Shown in pieces: positions 62,101 to 64,000 of a stretch of 64,000 nucleotides of DNA. Under the pieces are notes generated by a model. That model had not been told where the DNA came from. It did not search any database and worked only from the letters and a program-made list of their open reading frames with translations. The translations under genes were made by a program, and so were the position numbers. Position 1 is the stretch's first letter; each line of letters opens with the position of its first letter. The DNA lies in assembly GCA_973895155.1 (NCBI GenBank), contig OZ316891.1, forward strand, positions 17,169,995 through 17,233,994. The letters run 5' to 3'. This DNA is from Marsupella aquatica (lineage: Eukaryota; Plantae; Marchantiophyta).

Positions 62101-62339
62101 GAGAGAAATATATTGCAATTTACTTCACCATGGTTAGAGGACAAAGACAAGGAACTACACGTGTTTGAAAGGAATGAATGCTGACCAATTTGCCTTAGAT
62201 TTAACAGGATCTGTCCAAAGGAATCACTCACCCATCAATAAACTAAGTCCAGAGTGTATATCATCTGACTTTGTAATATTCGCTTCCTCATTGGCAGGCT
62301 GAGATGCACGAGCTTTCGCAAAAATTTCTAGGCTCTTGA
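56186..62339 (+). CDS. Kelch-repeat protein with C-terminal coiled coil (ACBP4/ACBP5-like); 5' exons not resolved
   Basis: GT-AG exons ~56186-56290, 56924-57001, 57170-57292, 57439-57505, 58032-58093, 58279-58418, 58641-58764, 58951-59065, 59473-59561, 59808-59891, 60066-60314, 60524-61405, 61832-61891, 62298-62339. Kelch units PIPRYKHAAV..MFVTGG, ARTGHT..LFGGED, PSPRRDH..IFGG and PTARAGH..YIVGG. Confidence 0.88.
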
Positions 62340-63388
62340 CACATGTTTGGGAGAACGGCATGATTTGAACCGACCGTGTGGTTGAGGCTCAAAAAACGGC
62401 TCTTGTAAATTTGCGGGTTTGAATTCGAGTTCAACCCTGCTCTAAGTGGGTAATCAGTGTACTGTACAGTTCTTCATTTTTTATGTCGGGATTTACCATT
62501 GTATTCATACATGACATCTAGCATCTAGCAACCCATAAGCTGGTTGCAGCATGTTATGTGCAGAATGTAATTTAATTTCAACACATCAATTTTATCAGAA
62601 GGATCCCTGGGCCTTCCCCGATGATTTGCCATTGTACCTGACATGGCCGAACGTCAGATGCTTGTGGGGCCTAATACAACTGATCAGAAAGTGAAGCTGA
62701 TCTCGGCCCTGCAGCTTCAAGTGAGGAAGCTGTCAGGCAATAATATCCCTTAGTTGTCGGATGAATAGTTGGGTCACAAGGTTGGTAGTCAGACAAACCA
62801 AGCTCTGAGTGAACTTCAAGGACAGTTTCTTGTAACATAGACCTCTTTGGAATATTCAGAGGACAGTCCCTTAACTTAAACGCTCAAAGTTAAACCAAGA
62901 TTAAGATGAACACATAGGTTTGAAATTTTATTTTTTTGTGAGACGCCAAGTTCCCAATGGGCTTTAAACCACTTTAGATAGTAAGGGTTTGCCAAAGAAA
63001 TTTTCAACGGAGTGGCAGACAACAAGCAGCAAAGGAAGAAGCCTCAGTGGTTTCAATTAGATGATGTCTAAACAGTAATGAAATTAAAACAAACTTAAGC
63101 ATAGTTAAGCTGTGACATAACGCAATGACTTCAGTGACAAACATGGAAAATTGTTGACTGATTATAAATCAACGTCTTCAATTTTTTATCACCTTTCGTT
63201 TACTAGCATAAGAAGTATCAAAATTACCTCGCTTGGGTGCAGTGTTAGGGGAATGAGTGAAACACCAGCAGAGGGGAAATACATAGGCACTCGAAGTGCG
63301 TTAGATAGATAGCAGAGGCACTTAAATTATGGCAGGAAGCCGTCCATGAATAAAAAGAGAGAGATGATTGGCACGAGTAGAATTAGTC

Positions 63389-63718
63389 CTACCAACAAGG
63401 GCATGGGACGTAGCCCTTCTGTCCTGTTTTACCATGGCCTTCGTGGTCTATAGCGTGCACTGAGTACCCTCTTTGTGCAATCGCTATTGCTGTGAGCTGC
63501 GCAAGCCATCCACTGTCGGCTCCATACCCATGACAGACAAACACGAGGCCTTTGACAACTCCTTCCCTAGGTTTCCAAGAGTGTGTATGTTGTGAGAAAC
63601 CTCTTGGATTCTCCAAGAAAGACTCACAATGATTCACCCCACGACGACTATAGACGTACTCAGGAGAGAACTTCCCGAATATGGAGACCACATTAGAGTC
63701 AGTCACCGGATGAGGCAT
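63389..63718 (-). pseudogene. N-terminal part of a monoacylglycerol-lipase / caffeoyl-shikimate-esterase family alpha/beta hydrolase
   Basis: MPHPV...NPRG..QHTHSWKP...VFVCHGYG..SGW..QLTAI..AQRGYSVHAIDHEGHG. No downstream GxSxGG exon found before the Kelch gene. Confidence 0.7.
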
Positions 63719-64000
63719 TTGCGCTTTGAAGCAGTCGATCCCTTCCTCGGACCTGTTTGAGAGTCCCGAGTCAGAGAAAGAAGCAGACCTTGGCAGAGAG
63801 GACAATCAATTCAGGCCGCTACAAGTTTTAAAATGCTACGTAGTATTAAATTTCACAAAGGACTCACAGACCCGAAGAAATGAATTCTTAAGTAATTCCT
63901 AGTCTTTTTTATGCTTACAATATGGAGTACAACAAGGGACTCACTGGAACACTATAAGGAGCAACTGCAGAAGCACATGAGTTGCATCACAATATGGAGG

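Overview
Eukaryotic nuclear DNA from a land plant, most likely a non-seed plant such as a bryophyte (inferred from the TE families and the intron-rich host gene). The first ~50 kb is nested transposon DNA. It starts with an L1-type LINE (1-8325). Next is a >26 kb Mutator-like (MULE) element (~8326-34561) with a GCM/DDE/SWIM transposase, two inverted, intron-containing copies of a gene fusing a ParB-like N-terminal domain to a beta-class N4/N6 DNA-methyltransferase-like domain, and two FCP1/SCP-like pseudo-phosphatase domains. About 30 copies of a 15-bp palindrome, TAGCGC-N3-GCGCTA, occur only in this element's introns and intergenic spacers. Three ~4-4.7 kb TGT...ACA inserts with perfect 5-bp TSDs (plus a decayed relative) carry a gene but no gag/pol and look like giant gene-bearing solo LTRs. 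There is also a small MITE, a second LINE remnant and a full-length Ty1/copia element (42863-48892). The last ~10 kb holds a multi-exon Kelch-repeat/coiled-coil host gene and a truncated MAGL/CSE-family alpha/beta-hydrolase. The best candidate for a new system is the MULE-borne ParB-methyltransferase fusion paired with the dispersed parS-like palindrome. All domain calls were made by eye from motifs, and no searches were run.
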